Assembly: GCA_963976765.1 (NCBI GenBank) | Contig: CAXBME010000004.1 | Span: 1 to 64,000, forward strand | Direction: 5' to 3' | From: an uncultured Planctomycetaceae bacterium | Lineage (GTDB): Bacteria > Planctomycetota > Planctomycetia > Planctomycetales > Planctomycetaceae | DNA: 64,000 nt | Shown: one piece after another, positions 29,315 to 39,800 of the stretch | Position numbering within the stretch: position 1 is the stretch's first letter | Layout: each line of letters starts with the position of its first letter | Position numbers and translations under genes: made by a program | The notes under the pieces: generated by a model | The model's database searches: none | Told to the model about the DNA's origin: nothing | Seen by the model: only the letters and a program-made list of their open reading frames with translations

Positions 29315-30556
29315 ATGGAGATCGTCGGAAGCAGCATCCTGTTGATAGATGCGTGGGTTCCAGGAGCAGACGCTGATTTCGTCCGCAGCCTGGATGACGT
29401 GTTCTTTGGCAAGCTGGCAAAAGTTGGGCAGGTTGAGCGACGCCAGTCTTTAGTGGCAGAGCAGACGAAGCCGATCGTTGAAGACAGATCATGCGTAACA
29501 TTAGGCATGTTTCCTGCCGAGTACCTGAAGAAGCGGACGGACCTGAAGCCGGCAACGATGCTGATCTATCGGCAAATTGAATCAAACCTGACGGACCACT
29601 TCACGCCAGGGAAACCCCTTGAAGACATCACCGAAGGCGACGTTGTGGACTTCGGTCGCTGGATGCACAAAAAGAAATACTCGCGAACGACCATCGACTG
29701 GCGGCTGAGTTCATGCAGGACCATCTTTACGGACGCCGTGCGACATCAATTGATTTCGGCGAATCCGTTCGATGGATTCCGGAAGTCCCTGCGGGGCATC
29801 GTTTCACGAAACAACCGGAAGTTAAAGCACATCGTCAGTCCGGAAATCATTCTGCGTGTTATCGAGTTTGCCCCTGATGCTGAATGGCGTTGTCTGATCG
29901 CTTTGAACCGCTTCGGCGGACTCCGAGTTCCGAGTGAGGCACTGCCCCTTCGTTGGACCGACGTTGACTGGGACCGAAATCTGATTCGCGTTCCGTGTCC
30001 GAAGCTCGAACACCTGGAAGGACATGAAGTTCGCGAGATTCCGATCTTCGGCGAACTTCGTCCGTTTCTACTGGAGTGTTTTGAATGTGCTGATGCTGGC
30101 TCTGAGTTCGTGATTACCCGCAATCAACCGCCCGTGCTGAAATCCGGCGCGGGCTGGGCAAACGCCAACCTGCGGACGCGGTTCGAGAAGATCATCAAGC
30201 GAGCGGGTCTGGAACCGTGGCCACGGCTCTGGCACAACCTGCGAGCCAGTCGTCAGACCGAGTTGTCTGACCGGTTTCCCACTCACGTCGTTTGCCGTTG
30301 GATTGGTAATAGCGAAGACGTGGCCAGGGAGCACTATCTGTCAGTAACTCCGGAGCACATCGAGCGGGCAATCAGTGGCAGCGCGCTGCCACAGGCGCTG
30401 CCACCTGACGCCGTTTTGCCCCGTATCGTTCCGCAGGCCCAAAATGAGCCATCGCCGCAAGTCGTGACAGTACAAAAAGAAACGGCCACACGCGAAAACG
30501 TGCGACCGTTAAAGATGGTGGGGGGGGGATTTGAACCCCCGACCTGCGGGTTATGA
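29315..30556 (+). CDS. Tyrosine recombinase/integrase, 5'-truncated (possible pseudogene)
   Basis: RFGGLRVPSE (Arg), WHNLRASR (HxxR), WIGNS..VAREHY (Tyr). The first ~40 codons of ORF 29189 are antisense IS630; the 3' end overlaps the tRNA. Confidence 0.85.
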   Translation: MEIVGSSILLIDAWVPGADADFVRSLDDVFFGKLAKVGQVERRQSLVAEQTKPIVEDRSCVTLGMFPAEYLKKRTDLKPATMLIYRQIESNLTDHFTPGKPLEDITEGDVVDFGRWMHKKKYSRTTIDWRLSSCRTIFTDAVRHQLISANPFDGFRKSLRGIVSRNNRKLKHIVSPEIILRVIEFAPDAEWRCLIALNRFGGLRVPSEALPLRWTDVDWDRNLIRVPCPKLEHLEGHEVREIPIFGELRPFLLECFECADAGSEFVITRNQPPVLKSGAGWANANLRTRFEKIIKRAGLEPWPRLWHNLRASRQTELSDRFPTHVVCRWIGNSEDVAREHYLSVTPEHIERAISGSALPQALPPDAVLPRIVPQAQNEPSPQVVTVQKETATRENVRPLKMVGGGFEPPTCGL

Positions 30557-30589
30557 ATCCGCCGCTCTCACCAACTGAGCTACCCCACC
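30516..30589 (-). tRNA. tRNA-Met(CAT), elongator-type (Ile2 not excluded)
   Basis: GGTGGGG TA GCTC AGTTGGTGA GAGC G GCGGA TTCATAA CCCGC AGGTC GGGGG TTCAAAT CCCCC CCCCACC A forms a cloverleaf; G1-C72 paired; CCA not encoded. Confidence 0.95.
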
Positions 30590-30808
30590 GATTGTGTTCT
30601 GATTGTGTGGCGGAACCTGCCTGGCTGAATCCGTCCGACTGGACCGTTTTGAGCCGAGAAGGGTGCTGGTTGGGCCGATTTGGTTCGACCAGGCTTTCCT
30701 TCATCGGACGACGAGCAAAGTTCGCTGTTGCCGTTCTTCACGAAAGAACCGAAATCGCGTGCCGAGCGAAGTGTTCGGCACGCGACGGCGGCATAATAGA
30801 TAGCATCC

Positions 30809-31933
30809 TTACGAGAGGGAAGAGACCGCTTCCCACGGGAAGATATCCCGACCGTAATGTCCGTAGCTGGCGGCCTTAAAATAGGACCAACCGGAAGGTT
30901 TGAGCAGGCTCAGATGACTGGCGATGAAGCCGGGCGACAGGTCCGGGAACTGTTGCTTGACCCATTCTGAAACGTCTTCACCCGTTTCGGTCATGGCGGT
31001 CACCATTTCCGGCTGGTGTTGACCAATGCCGTACGCAATGTGGACGGTGCATTCTTTAGCGCCGGCGACTTTGTTCGCGACAACGTTTTTGGCGATGTGC
31101 CGAGCCATGTAAGCGGCACTACGATCGACCTTTGATGGGTCTTTGCCAGAAAACGCTCCGCCACCGACGGGGACTCGTGGGCCAAACTGGTCGACAACGA
31201 TCTTGCGACCGACGACGCCTGCATCGCCGGTCGGACCGCCAATGACGAACAGGCCGGTACCGTTGATTTTGTTCGGACGGAAATCGATTCCGTCACCCAG
31301 GACCGGTTGCACGACCTGCTCGAAGATTTGCTTCCGCATTTCGTCGTGCGAGACACCACATTTTTCCGGGTCATCGTGCTGCGAGGCGACAATATAGTCG
31401 GTCGGGTTTCCGTCGGCGTCGATTGTAACTTGAGCCTTCGTGTCAGCTCGCAGCCAGGGGATCGCCTTGCTGTTGCGAAGTTCTCCGAGTCTGGCGCAAA
31501 GATCTCTGGCGAGAACGTACTCTTTGGGCATCATTTCCGGAGTTTCGTCGGTCGCGTACCCGACCATGACTCCCTGATCGCCTGCTCCGCCAGTGTCCGT
31601 TCCCAGAGCGATGTGAGCCGACTGAGCCTGAATGTGGTCAACGACGGTCAGTTCCTGGCCGCAGTCGCTGTAGCCGATCTTTCGCCAGACGTCGCGAGCG
31701 ATTTCCTGAACGTCGACTCCCAGCTTGATCGCGTCGGTCCATTTCACTTCACCGGTGACGATCAGCATGTTGTCTTTGGCGAGACATTCGATGGCGAGAC
31801 GAACGCTCGGCAGAAATTCTTCGCTGCACAGTTCCAGCGTGCGGTCGAGCAGAGCGTCTGCAACCTGGTCGCAGAATTTGTCCGGGTGTCCGTCGCCGAC
31901 ATGCTCGGCTGTCCGTGGAATTCGAATCCCCAT
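30809..31933 (-). CDS. metK: S-adenosylmethionine synthetase
   Basis: GHPDKFCDQ, GAGDQG, GRKIVVD, GGGAFSGKDPSKVDRSAAY, YGHYGR. Confidence 0.95.
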   Translation of the reverse strand: MGIRIPRTAEHVGDGHPDKFCDQVADALLDRTLELCSEEFLPSVRLAIECLAKDNMLIVTGEVKWTDAIKLGVDVQEIARDVWRKIGYSDCGQELTVVDHIQAQSAHIALGTDTGGAGDQGVMVGYATDETPEMMPKEYVLARDLCARLGELRNSKAIPWLRADTKAQVTIDADGNPTDYIVASQHDDPEKCGVSHDEMRKQIFEQVVQPVLGDGIDFRPNKINGTGLFVIGGPTGDAGVVGRKIVVDQFGPRVPVGGGAFSGKDPSKVDRSAAYMARHIAKNVVANKVAGAKECTVHIAYGIGQHQPEMVTAMTETGEDVSEWVKQQFPDLSPGFIASHLSLLKPSGWSYFKAASYGHYGRDIFPWEAVSSLS

Positions 31934-32488
31934 GTCTGATGTTCTCCTGCAAAATCGATCTGGAACGGTCGCTCAATCGACCTTCCTGAGTGTCCGGAAA
32001 TGGCGACGACCGATCAGCATCGGCACCGGTCCAGTGACTGTCGCCTCACAGCGAAACGGGATCTCGCCTGATTTCGAGGCGGCGAATTCTGCCGGAATGA
32101 TGGCCAAAACACCGCTGCCACGCCCGTCGTGAGTGCGTAATGTAGGGAGTTTGACCAGAAAGTCACCGCGCCGCGGGGCATAAAATCCGGAGACGAATTT
32201 GAGGAAAAGAATTCCGTTTGTTTTCGAAACAGGCCGCAGACTGGCGAGGATGATTGCGGGTCACTTGCCTGATCCGGGTTTATCTGCGCCAATCTGCCGT
32301 TCAACCTGGTTTGGTACCGTGCCGCAGGTTCTGTCAGCCCGTTTGCTCGGCGGTCGATGCGGCTAATCGGTATCGTCTCAGAGAAACCAGGCGTGCCGAG
32401 AGATCGCCTTGGCCCTGGAAATATTCAGTACTCATCAAACTCACCGCAAAGCCAGAACTGCCTTGAGGCATCATCAAGAGATCAAACC

Positions 32489-33571
32489 ATGACTTCAGCC
32501 ACTTCTGACATTCCTCGCGATCCCGGCCAGGAAATTTCCGTTCCAGTCGACGTGCTCAAAAAACTGATTGTCACGGTGCTCGTGCGAAAGGGAATGTTTG
32601 AGGTCGAGGCCGGCATTGTCGCTGCGCGGATGACGGAAGCCGACCTGCGAGGCATCCATTCTCACGGCAGCCGAACGCTGGGCAAATACGTCGCCGCGAT
32701 CGACGCTGGTGACATCGACCCGCGAGCCATGTCGATAACAACCTGCGAAACGCTGGCGATGGCGGTCGTTGAAGCCAGCGGCGGCATGGGACATGTTGCG
32801 GCGACGCGAGGCATGGAGCTGGCGATTTCAAAAGCTCGTGAAATCGGCACGGGCACGGTTGTGATTAAAAAAGGGCAGCACTTCGGAGCAGCCGGTGTTT
32901 ACACGATGCTCGCCGCGAAGGAAGGCATGATCGGCTTTGCAACGACCAGCACCGGTACCGCGACCGTCGCGGCGTACGGCAGCGCTCAACCGGGAACGGC
33001 CAATAACGCGATGTCCTGGGCGATTCCGACCAGCGGCGCGCCGTTCGTTCTGGATACGGCCATCGCCGAATCATCCTGGGGAAAAATCGAATCAATGGGC
33101 ATGTTCGGCCTGCCGATTCTTCCTGGCTGGGCGCTCGACGAGTCCGGCGTCGAAACCACCGATGCCAGCGCCGCAAAGACGCTGCTGCCGATGTCCGGCG
33201 CACGAGGTTCCGCGTTAGGCTTTGTCACTTCCGCACTGACGTCCGCGTTGATTGGACGCCGCACTCCGATCCACAAATCACCAAACCCGTTCGGGCCAGG
33301 TTCCGATCACTTTTTCCAGGTCATCGACCCCAGCCACTTCGGAGCTCCGGATCGCTTCCTCAAAGAAATCGACGCAACAGTCGCCTCAATCAAAGCACTG
33401 CCTGCGGCGACAGGCTTCGATAAAGTCCGAGTCGCCGGCGAACTGGAATGGGAACGCTCCAATCAGTGGAGCACCGAAGGAATCCCCTTCCACCGCGACC
33501 AGGTCAGCTCCCTCGCCGAAGTCTGCACATCCAACCGCTGCGGACTCCCCGAAGGCTGGCCAGTAGCTTGA
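32489..33571 (+). CDS. Ldh_2-family oxidoreductase (malate/L-sulfolactate/ureidoglycolate dehydrogenase-like)
   Basis: ADLRGIHSHG, HFGAAG, LDTA..SWGKI, GWALDESG.ETTD; start reassigned to MTSATS. Confidence 0.88.
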   Translation: MTSATSDIPRDPGQEISVPVDVLKKLIVTVLVRKGMFEVEAGIVAARMTEADLRGIHSHGSRTLGKYVAAIDAGDIDPRAMSITTCETLAMAVVEASGGMGHVAATRGMELAISKAREIGTGTVVIKKGQHFGAAGVYTMLAAKEGMIGFATTSTGTATVAAYGSAQPGTANNAMSWAIPTSGAPFVLDTAIAESSWGKIESMGMFGLPILPGWALDESGVETTDASAAKTLLPMSGARGSALGFVTSALTSALIGRRTPIHKSPNPFGPGSDHFFQVIDPSHFGAPDRFLKEIDATVASIKALPAATGFDKVRVAGELEWERSNQWSTEGIPFHRDQVSSLAEVCTSNRCGLPEGWPVA

Positions 33572-33592
33572 GCAATCCTCTCGCCCGCTGAC

Positions 33593-33661
33593 GTAGGGAG
33601 CGTCTTGACGCACGGTTGCGTCGCGAGTTGATATGACAGACGGTCTTGAGACTCCCCCTAC
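33593..33661. repeat. REP-like GTAG-headed inverted element
   Basis: GTAGGGAGCGTCTTGACGCAC...GTCTTGAGACTCCCCCTAC. Confidence 0.6.
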
Positions 33662-33935
33662 GGCACTGAAGAATCAGAATCGACCGCATTAAAGAATCTC
33701 AAAATGCTTCTGTTCGTCGTTAACTCGTGCGACACCCATCAGGGACTATTTTCTACGTTGCAGTCCCAGCCAGGTCTGTCAAAGTTGCAGTTGCATCTGG
33801 CAAATCTAACAACGACGACAGCGATCTGACGAAGGGCGCCCTATGGACCGGCTATAACGAGGCTGCGACTTCCAGCCGATGTGTGCAGACGGCGCGAGTG
33901 ACTTAACAACAGGCTCCAAACAGAAAGCAAACACC

Positions 33936-35003
33936 ATGATTCGCTGTTTAACTCTGCTTCAAATTTCGCTGCTGCTCGTTTCGAACCTTGCCCTGGCGGC
34001 GGAACCTGTGTCGTCGGCCAACCCGGTCAAATACGAAGCAACCAAGTCTCTGTCCAAAGGCAAACATCTCGTCTTCATCGCGAGCGATCATGAATACCGA
34101 GGTGAAGAAACGCTGCCGGCGATGGCTCGAATTCTCGCGAAGCACCACGGGTTCGACTGCACAGTTCTGTTCGGCCTGGACGAGAACGGCGAGATCAAGG
34201 CTGGTGAATCCAACATCCCCGGTCTTGAAGCTCTTGAAACAGCAGATGGCATGATCCTGTTCACGCGGTTTCAGGCACTGCCCGACGAACAGATGAAACA
34301 CATTGATGCGTACCTGAAACGTGGCGGTCCAGTCATGGGACTGCGAACGTCGACTCACGGCTTCAAGTACGGAAACAAAGAGAGCGTCTTTTCAAAGTAC
34401 GACTTCCAGTCGAAAGCGGAAGGCTACGAACTGGGTTTCGGTCACCAGGTACTGGGGCAGACCTGGGTTGGTCACTACGGAAGAAACCATCAGCAAAGTA
34501 CTCGGATAACGATCGTCCCGGACAAGGCCAGTCATCCGATTCTGAAAGGGGTCAGCAGCATCCACGTTCAGGCGGGCGGCTACAACGCCGTGCCGCAGGA
34601 TGACTGGAACATCCTGACGATCGCTCAACCGCTGATGAGCATGCAGGCCGACGGCGAGCCAGATGCTTCTAAGCCTCCAATGGCTTCGGAATGGACTCGC
34701 GAATACACCGGTGAGAACGGCCAGAAGGGGCGAGTCTTCACATCACTTTACGGAGCGTCTGAGGACATTCTCAATGACGGTTATCGCCGGATGCTGGTCA
34801 ACGCGACTTACTGGCTGGTCGGTCTGGAAGACGGGATCAAGGCGGACTCGACGATCGATTTCGTCGGTAAATACCAGCCGAACACTTTTCGAGGTGGCGG
34901 CCACGCTCGCGGCATCAAGCCTGAAGTTTACAACGGCTTCGAAAGCCCGATTCCGGCGAACAACACAACGTCAGCTCCGAAAGTTCCAAAGAAACGAAAG
35001 TAA
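33936..35003 (+). CDS. Secreted ThuA-like (class I glutamine amidotransferase-like fold) protein
   Basis: Signal peptide; HLVFIASDHEY, GLRTSTHGF, HPILKG, GRVFTSLYG. Confidence 0.75.
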   Translation: MIRCLTLLQISLLLVSNLALAAEPVSSANPVKYEATKSLSKGKHLVFIASDHEYRGEETLPAMARILAKHHGFDCTVLFGLDENGEIKAGESNIPGLEALETADGMILFTRFQALPDEQMKHIDAYLKRGGPVMGLRTSTHGFKYGNKESVFSKYDFQSKAEGYELGFGHQVLGQTWVGHYGRNHQQSTRITIVPDKASHPILKGVSSIHVQAGGYNAVPQDDWNILTIAQPLMSMQADGEPDASKPPMASEWTREYTGENGQKGRVFTSLYGASEDILNDGYRRMLVNATYWLVGLEDGIKADSTIDFVGKYQPNTFRGGGHARGIKPEVYNGFESPIPANNTTSAPKVPKKRK

Positions 35004-35229
35004 GTTCTCGCCAGATTTCGCCGAGCAGCCTGACCGGATCGGTCGGGGGCCGAAGGCACAGGATGCCTTACCCTCAGCTCTTGAGAAATGGCGAAAATTT
35101 CAAGCTACATCGCATCCGGGTGATGAGGCGTCCTGTCACCTCGCGACCCATCCATTCTGGCTGTGCCACCCGTCTGGCAGCAGGCCGCATCACCAAAACT
35201 CTGATCCGCACCGACAATCTGTGCTGGAT

Positions 35230-35601
35230 TCAGAATTCGACCGGCGACGGTTCTTCAGCGGGGTAGGTCTTACTGCGTTCGATTTTGTTGAATTCGTTAA
35301 GGAAGACGACGTTGGCTCCGGTGAAGCGTTCTTCCTGGCGGAAGGTCCAAAGCAGGATTTCGTCGCCGACTTCACCGAGTCTGGCGGCGGCTCCATTGAG
35401 CGTGAATTCACCCTCGCGGCCGGGGATGGCGTAGGTGTCCCAGCGTGAGCCCGTAGACTTATTGACGAGGTAAACCCGTTCGTACGGGCTGATCCCCGCC
35501 GCTTCCATCAGACTGACGGCCAGCGACGCAGAGCCTTCGTATTCGAGGCTCTTGCCTGTAACTCGAAGGCCGTGAAGTTTAGCACTGACGAATTCCCTCA
35601 T
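35230..35601 (-). CDS. panD: Aspartate 1-decarboxylase (pyruvoyl-dependent)
   Basis: AKLH, YEG|S autocleavage site, RWDTYAI, LNGAAARL..GD. Confidence 0.85.
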   Translation of the reverse strand: MREFVSAKLHGLRVTGKSLEYEGSASLAVSLMEAAGISPYERVYLVNKSTGSRWDTYAIPGREGEFTLNGAAARLGEVGDEILLWTFRQEERFTGANVVFLNEFNKIERSKTYPAEEPSPVEF

Positions 35602-36000
35602 CGTCTCACTCTTCTGAACTTGCTCAAGGGGAGAGGCCGCTGTCGCAACCGGGTAAACATACGCTGAATCTGTCGCGTCCGCAGCTTGCGTTGGATAGTA
35701 CCAAACAGAAAACCCATCGTCTTGTGAGTTGCCCAGGAATCAATCAGGTCGGACAAGACATACAGGATGGGCGTTGCCACCATAAAACAGGCCCAGTTGG
35801 CGGGCGGCGTCCACACTACGCAAATGCTTCCCCTGATTCAGGTTCGGTGAATCCACCACTCATCTCCGAGTTGACTTGCTCTCAACAGTGTGGACAGTCA
35901 CGCTGGCAATTCGGTTCATACCTTCGGGAATCAGACTGGCCGCTTCGTCCGATGGCAGACGGCCGGTCGGCGTTTCTCACAGAGTTGCTGGGACAGTTGA

Positions 36001-36615
36001 ATGCCGGAAGAGCTGGAAAAGCTGAAGTCGGGAGACGCCGACGCGATTGCTGAAGTCTTTTCGCAGTACCGCGACAAGCTCCAGCGGATGGTACGTTTTC
36101 GGCTCGACCGGCGATTGTATGGACGGATCGACACGGCAGACGTGCTGCAGGATGTGTGGCTGGAAACGTCCCGGCGGATCGAAGATTACACCAGCAACCC
36201 GGCGGTGCCGTTCTTTGTGTGGGTTCGGCAGATCGCTTACCAGATCATCATTGACCTTCACCGACGGCATCTGGGCGCTCAGAAGCGGAATGTCTCGCAG
36301 GAAGTTTCCATTGCAAAGTGGAATTGCGACACGTCGGTCTCGATCGCTGCTCAGCTTGCCGGAAATCTGACGTCTCCCAGCAACGTGGCGATGCGAGGCG
36401 AACGGCTGGCTCAACTTCGCGAAGCGCTCGACAGTATGGACGAGACCGATCGCGAAGTTCTGGCACTGAGGCATTTCGAAGAACTCAGCAACAACGAAGT
36501 CGCCGAAATTCTGGGAATTCAGAAGACGGCGGCGAGCAATCGGTATGTTCGGGCTTTGAAACGTCTGAAACAGGTGCTGGAGGCGGACTCTCAGTCGGCC
36601 GAATTCACAGAGTAG
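36001..36615 (+). CDS. ECF sigma-70 factor (kinase-associated, planctomycete type)
   Basis: RLDRRLYGRIDTADVLQD, DLHRRHLGAQKR, TSPS, DREVLALRHFEELSNNEVA..RYVRALKRL. Confidence 0.92.
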   Translation: MPEELEKLKSGDADAIAEVFSQYRDKLQRMVRFRLDRRLYGRIDTADVLQDVWLETSRRIEDYTSNPAVPFFVWVRQIAYQIIIDLHRRHLGAQKRNVSQEVSIAKWNCDTSVSIAAQLAGNLTSPSNVAMRGERLAQLREALDSMDETDREVLALRHFEELSNNEVAEILGIQKTAASNRYVRALKRLKQVLEADSQSAEFTE

Positions 36616-36647
36616 AGACACCACACGGAAATTAAGCAGCAACCGTG

Positions 36648-36790
36648 ACCTCTCCCCCTTGGGCGAGAGGTCGCTGTCTCAGCCGCGGGTGCTGGGGACG
36701 TTTCTCCATCACCTGAACTGAGTGATCAAATTGGGCAGACCATTCCTCACCCGGCCCCAGTAGTCACCTTTCCTTGCGAGAGAGGTGGCG
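36648..36790. repeat. Degenerate intergenic palindromic element (CCTCTCCC..GAGAGG / CCTCACCC family)
   Basis: cctctccccttgggcgagagg...cctcacccggcc...ccttgcgagagaggtg. Confidence 0.5.
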
Positions 36791-36804
36791 ACCGTCGCCT
36801 TTCC

Positions 36805-39800
36805 TTGCGGGATAAGATAATCGTGAATGACGACCGATCCGCCGCATCCGTGGATGGCGAAACATCGACTGTCAACGACGATCGCGACCCGGTCGATGTC
36901 GCGGCTGACGAATTTGCCGAACGATATCGCAACGGTGAATATCCGTCGGTCACGGAGTACGTTCAGCGGTTTCCCGAGCAGGCCGAGGAGCTCAAAGAAC
37001 TGCTGCCGGCTGTCGCGATGATGGAACAGCTTAAGCAGAAAGAGGAGTCACGCATCGACTCGTTCGAGCGGCAGTCGGCCATCAGCGGACTGCAACAGCT
37101 CGGCGACTTCCGCATCATTCGTGAAATCGGTCACGGTGGGATGGGAGTCGTCTACGAAGCCGAGCAGGAATCGCTCGGGCGTCACGTTGCTCTGAAAGTT
37201 CTATCGCCCACGACGTTTGACTCGCCGAAGTCGATCCGCCGGTTCCGTCGCGAAGCCGAAACCGTCGGACGGCTGCATCACACAAATATCGTCCCCGTGT
37301 TCGGAGTCGGTGATGAAAAGGGGCTGCACTATTACGTCATGCAGTTGATCGAGGGCGAACCGCTGAATGAGGTCGTCACCGGGCTGCGGAACCGGTCGGA
37401 AGGACGCACAGTTCCGTCATCAACTCCAAATATCAGTGCGGAACATTCAGAAGCAGGCAACCCAAAGTGTCAGCAAGGGACAGTTTCCAGCAACGGCTCA
37501 CCGTCTGAATGCCTCGCCGACGCTTCGGGTTTCCTTCAACCAGTTCCCAGTGAAGTGCAAATCGAATCGTCAATTCAAGCTCAACAGGAATCGGAGGGCG
37601 ACGACGAATTCGCGGTGACCGTCAGACAAACCAGGGAAGAACTCGCGAAGCTATCAGAACCGGACTTCGCGGACGCCGTCGACAAAGCAAACGCTCGGCA
37701 AGCAGACACAAAAATCGAGTCTGGATCAGACGATTCAAGTTCCGCGAACCGACCGCCGCACGAAACGCTTCAGTCAGCGACCGAACGGCTGTCGGCGTTG
37801 CTTCCAACGTGCGAGTACTGGAACGCTGTTGCCGGGATCGGCATTCAGGTTTCCCGGGCACTGGCCTACGCACACGGGCATGGTGTCTGGCATCGCGATA
37901 TCAAACCGTCGAATCTGCTGATTGATCGATCCGGCACGGTGTGGCTGGTCGACTTCGGACTGGCCCGAATCGCGGACGACAACGAGCTGACTCAGACCGG
38001 CGACCTGCTCGGCACGCTGCGTTACATGTCGCCCGAGCAGGTGATTGGTGAATTTGACCACCGCAGCGATGTCTACAGCCTGGGCCTGACGCTGTACGAA
38101 CTGCTGACGTTTCGTCCGGCGCATGATGCGTCGATCCGTGGTCGAATCATTGAGCAGATCAGCGAAGCCAGCCCGAAGTCTCCGCGCGCGATCAACCCGG
38201 CAATTCCTCAGGATCTCGAAACGATCATTCTGAAGGCGACCGCGCACGATGCCAAAGATCGGTACCAGACCGCCGATGAACTGGCCGAAGACCTGCAACG
38301 ATTCATCCAGGGCTTTCCGATCAAGGCCCGTCCTTTCAGCGCGACCGAACAGCTTTGGCGCTGGGCACGCCGCAACCCGGCGCTGGCCTGGACGACCGCA
38401 ACAACGGCCATTCTGCTTGTGACTGTGGCCGCACTTTCCACCTGGGGACTGGTGGCAGCTCAAAATGCCAACCGGGATCTGACTGAGGAACGAGGCCGCA
38501 CCCGACTCGAAGCCGAACGCGCCGAGGATAATCTTCGGATGGCGTTGCAGGCGTTCGAGGAGATTGTCGACGGAATCTCGCAGCGAGGACTTCCGCAGTC
38601 CGTGCACCTGGATCTGAACTCGGATATCGAAACAGAAGATGGTGAGACGGCTCAACCCGTTGCGAATCTCACTCCGGTCGTGACCGAAGCTGACGCTGAC
38701 CTGCTCGAACGGCTGCTGAAGTTTTACCTCGACTTCGCCAGCCGAAATGAAGCATCGCCGGAGGTGGCCGCTCAAACAGCGAAAGCTCAACGCCGGGTCG
38801 GAGATATTTATCAGCGGCTCGGACGTCGCGACGAAGCAATCGCCGCCTACAAAAATGCCAGAACCCAGTATCAGGTGCTGAGCCTGCGCGAGCTGAATCC
38901 GAGTCTCGAAGACATTCTGAGTCATCCGGACACTCCGGCAACTTACGATGCGACACTGGCCGTTGCCGCCATTTCCAACCAGATCCGGGACACCGCTGCC
39001 TACGCTGGCGATCCGAAGTCGGCAGTCGCCGCCTACGACTCAACCGTCAGCTACCTGAGCAGTCTCCCGGACGAAGTGAAGTCTTTGCCGGAAACTCGAT
39101 TTCTTCTGGCTCAAACAAAGATTTCCTTCGCAGCCATCCCTAGTCGTATGAGCGGACAGTTTGGCGGAGAAAACGCGGGCGGTCCCCGTGGTGGACATCC
39201 CGGATCGAGAGATCCACAGCGACATTCAGCGGATGGAAAACCGGACGCGTCGCCGTATCGTGGCGGACGCAGCGGATACCGCAGAGGAGATGCGTCTTCG
39301 CGCGACGACGGACGCTCAGACTTTCTCACCGCATCTCGAGATCGCGGCAAACGGCCCGATCATGGTGATTCCCGGGATGACTCGGCCAGGGCGCAGCGTG
39401 GCGATAGCCACGGTGACTTCGATCCTCGTGGCGGTGGACGAGGACCGCGCCCCGGATACGGACCGCCGATGGAAATGGAGAAACTCATCCGAAACAGTCG
39501 CGACGACGCTCGCACCCTGCTGGAAGGATTGATTGAAGAAGACGACCAACAGCCCGCCTATCAACTGGAACTGGCCCGGCTGCTGCTGGCCTCGCCCAGC
39601 TTTCGAGGTCGGGGTGACGAAACCGCGAGCGACCCGATGGTCGAACTCAACAAAGCCATCGTCATTCTTCAGCAGCTCGTGCACGATCATCCAGGCAACC
39701 CTGATTACCGGTTTCATCTGGCGGATGCGCTGGCGATGTCGTCACGGGAAACCCAGCGGTACGAAACTCCTGAGCAGACAGCAACGCGGTATCAGCGCTC

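Larger units (their letters stand above)
9650..30589. mobile_element. tRNA-Met-anchored genomic island (degenerate) carrying a T2SS-like cluster
   Basis: Integrase and tRNA at the right end, homologous integrase relic at the left end, IS21 and IS630 remnants near both ends. Left boundary is approximate. Confidence 0.7.

Noticed and set aside
31934..32200. SAM/SAH riboswitch upstream of metK
   Set aside because: No SAM-I, SAM-II or SAH consensus was recognisable by eye; an Rfam/Infernal scan would be needed.
37774..38925. Long antisense ORFs (also 5923-6912, 39949-40815, 58593-59387)
   Set aside because: Shadow ORFs opposite well-supported genes, expected in GC-rich DNA.
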